NCBI GenBank assembly: GCA_034664165.1
Contig: JAXDIE010000023.1
Location: 2,777 to 66,776 of the forward strand
From: Thermoleophilaceae bacterium
GTDB lineage: Bacteria; Actinomycetota; Thermoleophilia; Solirubrobacterales; Thermoleophilaceae
Length of the DNA stretch: 64,000 nucleotides
Reading direction: 5' to 3'
Under the pieces are notes generated by a model. The model searched no databases. It saw only the letters and a list, made by a program, of their open reading frames with translations, and was not told where the DNA came from. Below are positions 54,597 to 63,805 of the stretch, piece after piece. Position numbers and translations under genes: made by a program. Each line of letters starts with the position of its first letter. Position 1 is the first letter of the stretch.

Positions 54597-55366
54597 TGGG
54601 CGTGCTCGACGGGAAGGTCGCAATCGTCACCGGCGCCGGCCAGGGACTCGGCCGTGCGGTGGCCGAGGAGTTCGGGCGCGAAGGCGCGACGGTCGTCGTC
54701 TCAGACATCAACGGAGATGCCGCCGAGTCGGTTGCCGCAGGCATTGACGGCGCAACCGCCGTGACGTGCGACGTCACTGACGAGGCGCAGGTCAAGGCGT
54801 TGGTCGCGGCGGCGGTGGATGCGCACGGCGGACTCCACATCATGGTGCCGAACGCGGGCATCGCGAACACGCCCACGCCGCTGACGGACCTGAGCCTCGA
54901 GGACTGGCGCAAGGTCACCTCCGTGAATCTCGACGGCGTGTTTCTCTGCATAAGGGAGGCCGCGCCGGCGATCATCGGGGCAGGCGGAGGGATCATCGTG
55001 AACATGTGCTCGATCACGGCGCTGAAGGGGTTGCCGCTGGCGGGAAGCTACGCCGCGGCCAAGGCCGGCGTGCTGTCCCTGACCAAGACCAGCGCCGTGG
55101 AGTTGCGCGACCATGGCGTGGCGGTTCACGCGATCTGCCCCGGCTTCATCGGCACCGAGCTTGTCACGGACACAAAGTCGGCGTTCGAGTCGGCTCTCGG
55201 GCTTCCAGAGGGCGGCTTCGACGAGGTCATCGCCGGTGCCCAGGGACGCTACGGCGAGGCATCCGAAGTGGCACGGCTCGCGGTGTTCCTCGCATCGGGC
55301 CGGGCGAGCTTCAGCAGCGGCTCGGAATTCGTGCTTGACGGCGGAGCCTCGGCCTCGCTCCTCTAG
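54596..55366 (+). CDS. short-chain dehydrogenase/reductase
   Basis: 256 aa. TGAGQGLG, PNAG, YAAAKAG. 1-nt overlap with the upstream SDR. Confidence 0.88.
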   Translation: MGVLDGKVAIVTGAGQGLGRAVAEEFGREGATVVVSDINGDAAESVAAGIDGATAVTCDVTDEAQVKALVAAAVDAHGGLHIMVPNAGIANTPTPLTDLSLEDWRKVTSVNLDGVFLCIREAAPAIIGAGGGIIVNMCSITALKGLPLAGSYAAAKAGVLSLTKTSAVELRDHGVAVHAICPGFIGTELVTDTKSAFESALGLPEGGFDEVIAGAQGRYGEASEVARLAVFLASGRASFSSGSEFVLDGGASASLL

Positions 55367-55380
55367 CCGCCCTTTTCTCG

Positions 55381-55632
55381 TTGCCGCTGTTTGCCCTGGT
55401 GCGAACAGCGGCAATGGGGAGGTCACCCGGGCGGCGGGGACCCTTTCACAACCCTCGGGGCTAATTGCACGGAGCTTTCCTGGGGAACAATTCGTGGTCC
55501 CCCTTCGTTGCCTTCCTGGGTGCGGTTCCGTGACAACGGCAGCAATCAGGTAACAGAGCGGCGCAAACGGGAGCCTGCCTCTCCCAACGGAGACAGGACC
55601 CGCGGTGCAGCAGCTGTACGAGCAGTAACTGG
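55381..55632. repeat. intergenic repeat element, copy B (core 55447-55632)
   Basis: Aligns with copy A. Carries AACGGCAGCAATCAGG at 55534-55549. A degenerate inverted pair ttgccgctgtt / aacagcggcaa lies at 55381-55414. Confidence 0.75.
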
Positions 55633-55633
55633 C

Positions 55634-56242
55634 CTAGCGCAGGTAGATGGCGCCCATCCACGTGGGCATCAGCGAGTCGATCACGGCCTCGGGCTTCATG
55701 TCGCCTCGCGCGAGCTGCATGTAGCAGCAGCGCTCGACCATCCAGACGAGGGCCGTGGCCATCTGGTCGGCATCGAACGGCCGGATGGCCCCGGTGGCCT
55801 GCTCGCGGCGGAAGTAGTCGGCACTGGCCTCGATGAAACGGCCGATCAGGGCGCGCCAGAAGGCGGCGAACTCCTCGTCGTAGCCGGAGACCTCGGTCAC
55901 CACCCTCAGCAGACCCGAGTGGCCGGCGTAGGCGGTGGCAACCCCGTCGAGCGCCTCGCGGACGATGGCCTCGGGCTGTCCCTCGCCATGCCACCAGCGG
56001 TCGGCCTCCAGGTAGAGCTCGTCCATCACGCTCTCGGCCGCCGCCATCAGGGCGTCGTTCTTGCCGCGGAAGTGGGCGTAGAAGGCGCTGCGGTTGATGC
56101 CGGCCTCGCGGGCGATCGCCTCGACGCTGATCTCCTTGAAGGGCCCGAGCTCTGCCAGCCGCATGGTGGCCTCGGCGGCCGCGCCGCGGACCTCGTCCTG
56201 TCGCTGGGAGAAGACCTGGCGTGTGGGCCGGGTGACCGACAT
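55634..56242 (-). CDS. TetR family transcriptional regulator
   Basis: 202 aa from MSVTRPT. HTH SVEAIAREAGINRSAFYAHF. Divergent from the monooxygenase operon. The track ORF extends to 56407. Confidence 0.85.
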   Translation of the reverse strand: MSVTRPTRQVFSQRQDEVRGAAAEATMRLAELGPFKEISVEAIAREAGINRSAFYAHFRGKNDALMAAAESVMDELYLEADRWWHGEGQPEAIVREALDGVATAYAGHSGLLRVVTEVSGYDEEFAAFWRALIGRFIEASADYFRREQATGAIRPFDADQMATALVWMVERCCYMQLARGDMKPEAVIDSLMPTWMGAIYLR

Positions 56243-56267
56243 GGCGCTGATTCTAAGCGCATCGCCG

Positions 56268-56298
56268 ACAGAGTGTTGGACACTGTGTCCTACAGTGC
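56268..56298. promoter_or_regulatory. candidate TetR operator cluster (AGTGT-TGG-ACACT overlapping ACTGT-N5-ACAGT)
   Basis: agtgttggacact (56272-56284) and actgtgtcctacagt (56282-56296), in the 118-bp divergent region. Confidence 0.35.
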
Positions 56299-56360
56299 GT
56301 TGCAGGGACCCCGGATGTGTGGTAGGACTGCCTTTCGCCCACCCTTTGGAGGAGTGACCC

Positions 56361-58001
56361 GTGAGCAAGACCCGCCGCCGCAGCATCACGCAGACCCACG
56401 ACCGCATCGGCCAGCTCGGCTGGGAGCCGGATTACCACAACCCCGTGCCGAAGTACCCCACGCGCTACCGCTTCCCGCACAAGGCCAAGGATCCGATGAA
56501 GCACATCATGCGGGAGTACCTGCCGATGGAGCTCGAGAAGGACGAACGCGTCTATGGAGGACACGACGCGGCGGTTCGGGCCGGCATGGGTGAGAAGGCC
56601 TCGGTGCGCTGGCAGGAGATCCTCAAGGGCTTCATCACGGTGACCAACTTCGCCGAGATCGGCGCCGGGCGCTGCATGTCGATGCTGATGGACGCGGTGC
56701 CCAACAACGAGCTGCGCAACGGCTACCACGTGCAGTTCGTCGACGAGATCCGGCACACCGGCATGCAGATGTCGCTGGCCCGCTGGTACGCCAAGCACAC
56801 GCCCGACCCGTCGGGGTGGAACATCGCGCAGAAGGCGCTCCCCTCCACCCCGCTCACCGGGCCCGCCATCAACATGCTCTCCCACTTCTTCGTGGGGGAT
56901 CCGATCCAGTGCGCGTTCACCCTCCAGGTTGTGGCCGAAACGGCGCTCACAAACGTGGCCTTCGTCGCTCTGCCCGACACGGCCGCTCGCAACGGCGATT
57001 TCGCCCTCCCGACCACCTACCTCTCGGTGCAGTCAGATGAGGCGCGCCACATCTCGAACGGCTACGCGACCTTGCTCACCGTGCTCCAGGACGACCACAA
57101 CGCGCCGCTGATCGAGCGTGACCTGCAGCAGGCGTGGTGGATCAACCACGCGTACCTGGACATCTTCTCCGGGGGCATCATCGAATACTTCTCGCGCGAC
57201 CGGTCGGACCCGGAGAGCTACCTTGACAAGTGGGACCGCTGGATCCGCGACGACTGGTACCGCTCATACGTGCTGAAGCTCGGCAAGCTCGGCCTGAACG
57301 TCCCGCCTGACATCTTCGAGGACGCCCGCGAGCGCATCGTGAAGGGCCTGGTCCACAAGAACACGATGCTCGGGTTCGCCGCGTGGCCCCTCCATTTCTG
57401 GCGCTTTGACCCGCTGGTCGAGCGTGACTTCGAGTGGTTCGAGTCCAAGTACCCGGGCTGGTACGACGAGTACGGCGCATTCTGGGAGGCATACGCCCAG
57501 TGCACCGACCCCGCCGACCACGCCCTCCTGCTGAACATGCTGAGCGTGGCGCCGCCGAACTGCTGGACCTGCCAGACCTCCTGCGTGATCGAGGAGGACA
57601 TCACCCACCGGGTGGTGTCGGACCACACGCGGTTCTACTGCTCAAAGTGGTGCCAGTGGATGGACGAGTCCAACCCGGGCCGCTACACGGGCGACCGCAA
57701 TTTCTTCGACCGCTACCACGGCTGGGAGGTCTCGGACGTCGTCCGCTCACTGGGCTTCGTGCGGCCCGACGGCAAGACGCTGATCGGCCAGCCGCACCTG
57801 AACGACGACAAGCAGTGGACCCTCGATGACATCAAGGCTTGCGGCGTGGAGATCCAGAGCCCGAACATCCGCATGGCCGAGGAGATGGGCCTGCCCAGCG
57901 GCAACTGGCACGAGCCGGCCATGTCGAACGGGATCGGCATGGGCGCACGCCTGCCCGACCTGCCGGCGCCGCTGGCGACGCCCGGCCCGGCAGGCGTCTA
58001 G
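56361..58001 (+). CDS. prmA: soluble diiron monooxygenase hydroxylase large (alpha) subunit, propane/acetone/phenol (Prm/Mim) type
   Basis: 546 aa. GTG after GGAGGAG. Diiron motifs FVDEIRH and VQSDEARH. C-terminal CWTC...YCSKWC cysteine cluster as in PrmA/MimA. Confidence 0.9.
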   Translation: MSKTRRRSITQTHDRIGQLGWEPDYHNPVPKYPTRYRFPHKAKDPMKHIMREYLPMELEKDERVYGGHDAAVRAGMGEKASVRWQEILKGFITVTNFAEIGAGRCMSMLMDAVPNNELRNGYHVQFVDEIRHTGMQMSLARWYAKHTPDPSGWNIAQKALPSTPLTGPAINMLSHFFVGDPIQCAFTLQVVAETALTNVAFVALPDTAARNGDFALPTTYLSVQSDEARHISNGYATLLTVLQDDHNAPLIERDLQQAWWINHAYLDIFSGGIIEYFSRDRSDPESYLDKWDRWIRDDWYRSYVLKLGKLGLNVPPDIFEDARERIVKGLVHKNTMLGFAAWPLHFWRFDPLVERDFEWFESKYPGWYDEYGAFWEAYAQCTDPADHALLLNMLSVAPPNCWTCQTSCVIEEDITHRVVSDHTRFYCSKWCQWMDESNPGRYTGDRNFFDRYHGWEVSDVVRSLGFVRPDGKTLIGQPHLNDDKQWTLDDIKACGVEIQSPNIRMAEEMGLPSGNWHEPAMSNGIGMGARLPDLPAPLATPGPAGV

Positions 58002-58010
58002 GAGGCACCG

Positions 58011-59051
58011 ATGCCGCAGGTGGTGTTCGAGCCGATTGGCGAAGAGATCGAGTGCGGTGAGGAGGAGTCGATCCTCGACGCCGCGTTCCGCCAGGGCTAC
58101 AACCTGGTCTACGGCTGCCGCGAAGGCCAGTGCTCGGCCTGCAAGTGCTACCTGCTGGAGGGCGAGGTGGCGCTGAAGCCCTACTCGACGTTCGCGCTCT
58201 CCGAGACCGAGGAGGCCAACGGCTACACGCTGATGTGCCGGGCGATGCCCGAGGAGGACCTCGTGGTCGAGCTGCTGCACTTCGACCCCGACAACTATCG
58301 CCTGGAAAACCCGATCCGCGAGGGGTCCGCCACTGTGATCACCAGCGAAGCGCTCACGCACGACATCCAGCGCCTGCAGCTCAAGGTCGACGCGCCGCTG
58401 GACTTCTCCTTCGAGCCGGGGCAGTACGTGGACATCACCGTGCCTGGGGGCGATGCCACCCGCTCGTTCTCGATGGCCAACCTGCCCGACGGCAACATCG
58501 AGCTGATGATCAAGCGCTATCCAGGCGGCCGTTTCTCCGGGTTGCTCGACGGCGAAATCGCGGAGGGCTCCCGGCTCGACTTCACCGGCCCGTACGGCTC
58601 CTTCCGCCTTCGCGCCACGGAGCGGCCGGTGCTGCTCGTGGCGGGCGGCTCCGGCATGGCGCCGGTTCTCAGCCTGCTACGCCGCCTCGCCGCCGATCGG
58701 AGCACGCGCCCTGTCCGCTTCTACTACGGCGCCCGCACCCAAGCCGACCTGTTCCACCTGGACCAGGTCGAGGAGCTGGGCGCCCGGCTCGATGACTTCG
58801 CGTTCGTCCCCGTGCTCTCCGAGTCGGGCCCGGAAGGCGCCGAGCTGGGCTTGGTGCACGAGGCCGCCTGCGGCTGCCTCGAACGAGGCGAGCTGAGCGA
58901 CGCCGAGGTGTACACGTGCGGCCCCCCGCCCATGATCGACGCTCTGATCGAGCAGCTGGTCGACGGGCGTGGCTTTGACGAGAGCCGGATCTTCTACGAC
59001 AAGTTCACGACCTCCGCCGAGGCTGCGGAAGGAGCAACGCATGACCGATGA
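58011..59051 (+). CDS. prmB: monooxygenase NADH-oxidoreductase (2Fe-2S ferredoxin plus FNR-like)
   Basis: 346 aa. CREGQCSACKC...C 2Fe-2S, RSFSMAN FAD motif, LLVAGGSGMAP NAD motif. Confidence 0.9.
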   Translation: MPQVVFEPIGEEIECGEEESILDAAFRQGYNLVYGCREGQCSACKCYLLEGEVALKPYSTFALSETEEANGYTLMCRAMPEEDLVVELLHFDPDNYRLENPIREGSATVITSEALTHDIQRLQLKVDAPLDFSFEPGQYVDITVPGGDATRSFSMANLPDGNIELMIKRYPGGRFSGLLDGEIAEGSRLDFTGPYGSFRLRATERPVLLVAGGSGMAPVLSLLRRLAADRSTRPVRFYYGARTQADLFHLDQVEELGARLDDFAFVPVLSESGPEGAELGLVHEAACGCLERGELSDAEVYTCGPPPMIDALIEQLVDGRGFDESRIFYDKFTTSAEAAEGATHDR

Positions 59052-60057
59052 GCGCAGCTTCCAGTGGTTCACCCCGACCAAGCGCCGGGCGAGCATCTAC
59101 GAGGACGTGACGATGGACACCCAGCCCTCGGTGCACCGTTTCCTCGAGCGCGGCTGGCAGATGTGCTTCGACGATGGCGCGCCGACCTGGTCGGATGACT
59201 CGACCGCCCTGAAGAGCACGAGCTGGTTCGATTTCCGCGACCCCGGCGAGCAGTGGGAGCGCCCGTTCTACCAGCGCGGCGCCGGCTCCGAGCGCCAGAT
59301 CGAGGGCGCCGTGAAGGGCGCCGCGGACGACGGGCTGTTCGCCGACTTCGACGCCGACTGGATCGCCTTCCTGCGCAACCACCTGCAGGTGCCGGCATTC
59401 ATCGACCACGGGATCTGGCTGCCAACCGCGATCGCGGCTCGCGCATGCCTCTCTGACTCGATCACCCATTGCGTGGCCATCGAGGCGAGCATGAAGCAGC
59501 GGTCGGCCCAGGCGCTGGTCCTCTACGCCATGGATCTCGAGCCCCACCTGGGCGAGTTCCCGATCGAGTCCTGCCGCAAGAGCTGGCTCGAGCACGAGGC
59601 CTGGCAGCCGAGCCGCGCCTACATCGAGAAGCTGGGCACGATCACTGACTGGGGCGAGCTGATCGTGGCCGCCAACGCCTGCTTCGAGCCGGCCGTGGGC
59701 ATGCTCGTGCGGCGGGAGCTCGGCATGCGGGCCGCGAGCGCCAATGGCGACACCGTCACTCCGGTCATTTTCCGCGCGGCCGCCCAGGAGTCGCAGTGGA
59801 TCAAGGAGTGGACCGGCGAGCTCATGCGCTTCGCGGCCGCCGACGAGCAGAACGGCGCCGCCAACAAGGAGCTGATCGCCGGCTGGGCTGCCGACTGGCT
59901 GCCGCAGGCCGAGGAGGCGGCGCGGGCGATCGCCCCGATCGCCGCCGAGCTGCCGAAGGCAATCGACTTCGACGCGGCCGTGACCGCCGGGATCGGCGAG
60001 GCGCGCGCTGTGTTCGAGGAAGCCGGCGTGGCTCTCCCCCAGGCGGTGGGCGCGTGA
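59041..60057 (+). CDS. prmC: monooxygenase hydroxylase small (beta) subunit
   Basis: 338 aa from MTDERSF (11-nt overlap with prmB). Position and size match the Prm/Mim beta subunit. The track ORF starts at 58969. Confidence 0.75.
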   Translation: MTDERSFQWFTPTKRRASIYEDVTMDTQPSVHRFLERGWQMCFDDGAPTWSDDSTALKSTSWFDFRDPGEQWERPFYQRGAGSERQIEGAVKGAADDGLFADFDADWIAFLRNHLQVPAFIDHGIWLPTAIAARACLSDSITHCVAIEASMKQRSAQALVLYAMDLEPHLGEFPIESCRKSWLEHEAWQPSRAYIEKLGTITDWGELIVAANACFEPAVGMLVRRELGMRAASANGDTVTPVIFRAAAQESQWIKEWTGELMRFAAADEQNGAANKELIAGWAADWLPQAEEAARAIAPIAAELPKAIDFDAAVTAGIGEARAVFEEAGVALPQAVGA

Positions 60058-60392
60058 GCGATCAGGGATTTGCGGATGCCCCTGCCGACGAGGGCACGCA
60101 CGACTACGTGGGGATTGTCATGTCGAAGAGCGTCGAGGGCGACGCCGTGGTCAGCGTGCTCCGCGGCACCGAAGGCGTCGAGGTGATCGAGCAGCCGTCC
60201 TTCTGGGAAGTCCGCGCCAAGGACAGGCTCGTCATCAGCTACGAGGATGTATCCGAGGAGCTTGGCGAGGACGTCGATGCGTATGCGATCCAGCACGAGA
60301 TGTCCACCCACTACGGCCGTATGCTCACTACCGACGATGCCCTGATGCTGGTCTCGGATCCGACCGAGATCATGGATCACCTGATGGGCTGA
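60054..60392 (+). CDS. prmD: monooxygenase coupling/effector protein (MmoB/DmpM family)
   Basis: 112 aa. The GTG at 60054 overlaps the prmC stop (GTGA). Size and position are typical. The track ORF starts at 59796. Confidence 0.7.
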   Translation: MSDQGFADAPADEGTHDYVGIVMSKSVEGDAVVSVLRGTEGVEVIEQPSFWEVRAKDRLVISYEDVSEELGEDVDAYAIQHEMSTHYGRMLTTDDALMLVSDPTEIMDHLMG

Positions 60393-60400
60393 CAGGAGAG

Positions 60401-61321
60401 TTGATGTCCACCGCTTCAGAAGTCCCCGGCCTCACGGTCAGGCGCATTCCCAACCCCGAGGAGCCCGTTCCGGCGGTCGCCTGGCCCACGGTCGGCCTGC
60501 TGGTTGCAGGCATCGGGATCTGGGTGGGCTCCTCCCTGGCCATGATCAACGGCGTCTGGCCCTGGTGGATCTCGACGTTCATCAACGCGTTCGCCTCCTA
60601 CGTCCTGTTCACGGTCGCCCACGACGCGGCCCACCACACGGTGTCGAGCCACAAGCGGCTCAACGACTGGCTGGGCCGGCTGGCGGTGCCGTTCTTCGCC
60701 CCGCATGCGGCCATGCCCACGTGGCGCTTCATCCACATGCAGCACCACCGGTTCACCAACCACGACGACGGGAACGACCCCGATCACTACACGATGCGCG
60801 GGCCCAGCTGGCAGCGGCCGTTCCGGTGGATCACCGTCGACCTCTTCTACATGGTCTTCTACCTGCCCAAGCTCGGCTCGCGGCCGCGCTCGGAGAAGAT
60901 CGAGCTCGCGATCCAGTGGATCGTCGTGGGAGGGATCAGCATCGCCGCAATCGCGACCGGCCATCTGTTCGAGCTGATCGTCCTCTACTACCTGCCCTGC
61001 AGGATCGCTGTGTTGTTCCTGGGCTGGGCCTTCGACTACCTGCCGCACAACAGCCTGCACCTCAAGCCCGAGGAGGACAAGCTCAAGACCACCCGCAACC
61101 GGATCGGCGGCGAGTGGTGGATGTCCCCGGCGTTCCTGTACCAGAACTACCACCTGGTTCATCACCTGCACCCGCTGGTGCCCTTCTACCGCTACATAGC
61201 GGTCTGGCGGCGTAACGAGGAGAAGTACCTGGAGGGCGATCCGGCGCTATCGACCGTGATGGGGCGGCCGATCACGGCCGATGAGTACCGGCAGATGCGG
61301 GAGCTGGTCGAACAGCACTAG
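60401..61321 (+). CDS. membrane diiron fatty-acid-desaturase-family protein (desaturase/hydroxylase/ketolase-like)
   Basis: 306 aa. His boxes HDAAHH, HMQHHRFTNH, HLVHHLHP. N-terminal TM pair. TTG at 60401 or ATG at 60404, directly after the GGAGAG that follows the prmD stop. Confidence 0.85.
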   Translation: MMSTASEVPGLTVRRIPNPEEPVPAVAWPTVGLLVAGIGIWVGSSLAMINGVWPWWISTFINAFASYVLFTVAHDAAHHTVSSHKRLNDWLGRLAVPFFAPHAAMPTWRFIHMQHHRFTNHDDGNDPDHYTMRGPSWQRPFRWITVDLFYMVFYLPKLGSRPRSEKIELAIQWIVVGGISIAAIATGHLFELIVLYYLPCRIAVLFLGWAFDYLPHNSLHLKPEEDKLKTTRNRIGGEWWMSPAFLYQNYHLVHHLHPLVPFYRYIAVWRRNEEKYLEGDPALSTVMGRPITADEYRQMRELVEQH

Positions 61322-63456
61322 CTGGGCACGACGCGAAGGGCGAGGATCGCAACGTCGTCCTCCACTCCGTCGGAAATGGAAGCGAGAATTGAGTCGACGC
61401 AAGCCTCGACGGGCTGGGGCCCGTGGGCAAACAGCGTTTGCAGGACATCGATGCCCGCGTCAATCGGAACCGTGCGACGCTCAACCAGGCCATCCGTGTA
61501 GAGCAGCAATGTGTCGCCCGGCAGCAAGTCCGCGACGTCCTCCTCATAGACGGCGTCGGCGAAAATGCCCACGGGCGGGGACGACTTACCGGCAAGTCGT
61601 ATCACCGAGCCATCGGAGTGGCGGATCAAAGCCGGTGGATGACCGGCACGGACGAAACTGACCTCCCGGGAGCGAGGGTCGAACCGCAACTGAAACAGGG
61701 TTGCCATCGGCGGGTCGTCGAACGCGATCATCAAGCGGTTCAGCCGCCGCAGGCTCGCCGCCGGCGAAAATGCGTCTTCCGCATAGGCGCGGAGCGCAAT
61801 TCGGAGCTGGCCCATGACCGAGGCCGCCCGGGCGCCGTGACCGGCGACGTCGCCGACCGTGATCGTCAGGCGGCCGTCCGCATCCTCCGTGACGTCGTAC
61901 CAGTCGCCTCCGACCTCTATGGCGTCTTCGGCCGGGAGATAGCGGCTCGCGAGTTCGATCCCTGCAACTTCCGGCAACTGCCGCGGCAACAAGGTCCGCT
62001 GCAATGTCAAAGCAGCTTCCCGCTCCCGGCGATAGGCGGTCGCGTTGTCGACCGCCATCGCGGCTCGTCGCGCCAGATCCATGGCCAGGTCGAGATCTGC
62101 CGTGCCGAAGCGCCTGCCGGATTCCGCTGCCACGAGGGTCATCGTGCCCAGGGAACGCCCGTGTGCAATCAGCGGCACCGTCATTGCGGACACCACACCC
62201 AGCCGGCGGATCAACTCGAGGTGCTCCTCGTCCTGCGCGGCCGATTCGACCAGGCCGGCGGGAATCTCCTCGAACAGCTCCGGCATCCCCGTACGCAGGA
62301 CGTTGGGGGCACCGAACGCGGCATCCGGGTCGACGGGGTAGCGCCGCTGGATCTCGCGAGCGAAGGCCACCTTTGATGGATCCGCGTGGGCAATCGCAAC
62401 GTTCCGCAGCGTGCCATTTTCCTCGGAGAGGTCGACCGTGCACCAGTCCGCAATGTGCGGGACGGCGAGCGACGCGAGCTTGTCGAGCGTCTGGTCGACG
62501 TCCAGGGACTCGGCGAGGACCTGGCTCGCACTGGCGAGGAAGGACAACGCCTGCCTGGCCGCCCGCTCAGCCTCAAACAGGCTGGTCCGCTCAATCGCAT
62601 GGGCTGCCTGCTGGGCGGTGGCGAAGGCAAACGCCCGCTCCGCGGGCGTGAAATTGTGGCCGTCGCCAAAACTGAGGGCCAAGGCACCGAGCGTGTCCTC
62701 GCCAACGACGATGGGAACGACGGCCAGCGAGCCAGGGGCGGATCTGCCCGCCAGGAGGGGATATCTCTCTTCGACCCGTGCCTGCGACTCACACCAGACG
62801 GGCTCGCGGCCGCGGATAGCCTCGGCCATGGGCAGATTGGCCGATGATGGAAACTGCCGAAGTGCCTCGATCGCCTGCACCGAGTACCCGACCCGGCGCG
62901 CGATCCTGATCTCGTTCGTCTCCGGGTCCAGGAGCCCGACCGCCCCGGCAGTGGCGCCCAGCGCCGGGACAGCCTCCGCGAGGAGAACCGCGATGGCACG
63001 GTCCGGAGTCAGCTCCTTCGACAGCAGACTGGTGAGCCGGTGTAGCCGTGCGGCCTGATCAAGGCTGCGGCGATGCTCGGTGATGTCCCTTGCGATCACA
63101 GACGCCGCTGTCACCTCCCCGGAGGCGTCCCGCACGGCCGAAACCGTCAGCGACACGATCACGGCCCTGCCGTCCTTGGTTACGCGTTCAGTCTCGTAGT
63201 GCTCGATTCGCTCGCCTGCGAACACCCTCCGCAGGATGTCCATCTCCTCACCCGATCGGTGCGGGGGCACAAGGATCGAGATGGGCCGGCCGATCGCCTC
63301 GTCCGGGGAATAACCGTAGATCTGTTGCGCTCCGCGATTCCAGCTGGTGATCGTCCCTTCGGAGTTCTTGGTGACGATGGCGTCATCCGAGGAATCGACT
63401 ACAGCCCGAAAGTGGCTGTCGCGGAGTGAGGAATCGGCGTGGCTACTCAAGGACAT
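61318..63456 (-). CDS. PAS-GAF-GAF-PP2C (SpoIIE/RsbU-type) serine phosphatase
   Basis: 712 aa from MSLSSHAD. PAS segment (DAIVTKNSEGTITSWNRGAQQIYGY), two GAF-like segments, and PP2C motifs GGDWYDV, GDVAGHG, LLLYTDGLVE. The track ORF extends to 63678 across the STAS gene. Confidence 0.85.
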   Translation of the reverse strand: MSLSSHADSSLRDSHFRAVVDSSDDAIVTKNSEGTITSWNRGAQQIYGYSPDEAIGRPISILVPPHRSGEEMDILRRVFAGERIEHYETERVTKDGRAVIVSLTVSAVRDASGEVTAASVIARDITEHRRSLDQAARLHRLTSLLSKELTPDRAIAVLLAEAVPALGATAGAVGLLDPETNEIRIARRVGYSVQAIEALRQFPSSANLPMAEAIRGREPVWCESQARVEERYPLLAGRSAPGSLAVVPIVVGEDTLGALALSFGDGHNFTPAERAFAFATAQQAAHAIERTSLFEAERAARQALSFLASASQVLAESLDVDQTLDKLASLAVPHIADWCTVDLSEENGTLRNVAIAHADPSKVAFAREIQRRYPVDPDAAFGAPNVLRTGMPELFEEIPAGLVESAAQDEEHLELIRRLGVVSAMTVPLIAHGRSLGTMTLVAAESGRRFGTADLDLAMDLARRAAMAVDNATAYRREREAALTLQRTLLPRQLPEVAGIELASRYLPAEDAIEVGGDWYDVTEDADGRLTITVGDVAGHGARAASVMGQLRIALRAYAEDAFSPAASLRRLNRLMIAFDDPPMATLFQLRFDPRSREVSFVRAGHPPALIRHSDGSVIRLAGKSSPPVGIFADAVYEEDVADLLPGDTLLLYTDGLVERRTVPIDAGIDVLQTLFAHGPQPVEACVDSILASISDGVEDDVAILALRVVPS

Positions 63457-63805
63457 GGAGTGCTTCCTCCACCGTGCCATACCGCGGAAGGAACCCGGTG
63501 AGGCCGGTGACATCGAACAGGCTGGCTGCGACCGACCCGTCAGCCGCGGCCAGCACAACGGGCACGCCGTCGCCGTCGAGCCCCTCCTTCGCGCCGAGCA
63601 CGATATGCAGCGCGCTCGAGTCCATGAACACCACCTCATCCATGACGAGGACGACCGCCGGCCCCTCCAGCGCGGCATTCAACGCCTCCGAAAAGGCTTG
63701 CGCGACACTGAGGTCGAACTCGCCCGACAGGGCGACCACGGTCGCAGTCGAGCCGGTGGGAGCGTCTTGACGCTCCACCTCGAAATTAACCTCGCCTGTG
63801 CTCAT
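63443..63805 (-). CDS. STAS-domain anti-sigma-factor antagonist (RsbV/SpoIIAA-like)
   Basis: 120 aa. Size, the DSSAL motif (MDSSALHIVLGAKE) and position between a kinase and a phosphatase gene all fit. Confidence 0.8.
   Translation of the reverse strand: MSTGEVNFEVERQDAPTGSTATVVALSGEFDLSVAQAFSEALNAALEGPAVVLVMDEVVFMDSSALHIVLGAKEGLDGDGVPVVLAAADGSVAASLFDVTGLTGFLPRYGTVEEALHVLE

Noticed and set aside
33578-55632. The two direct repeat copies considered as attL/attR borders of a 22-kb integrated element.
   Set aside because: There is no integrase, recombinase, transposase or phage/plasmid gene between them. The copies are diverged rather than identical. There is no tRNA-derived target, and the gene content is metabolically continuous with the flanks.
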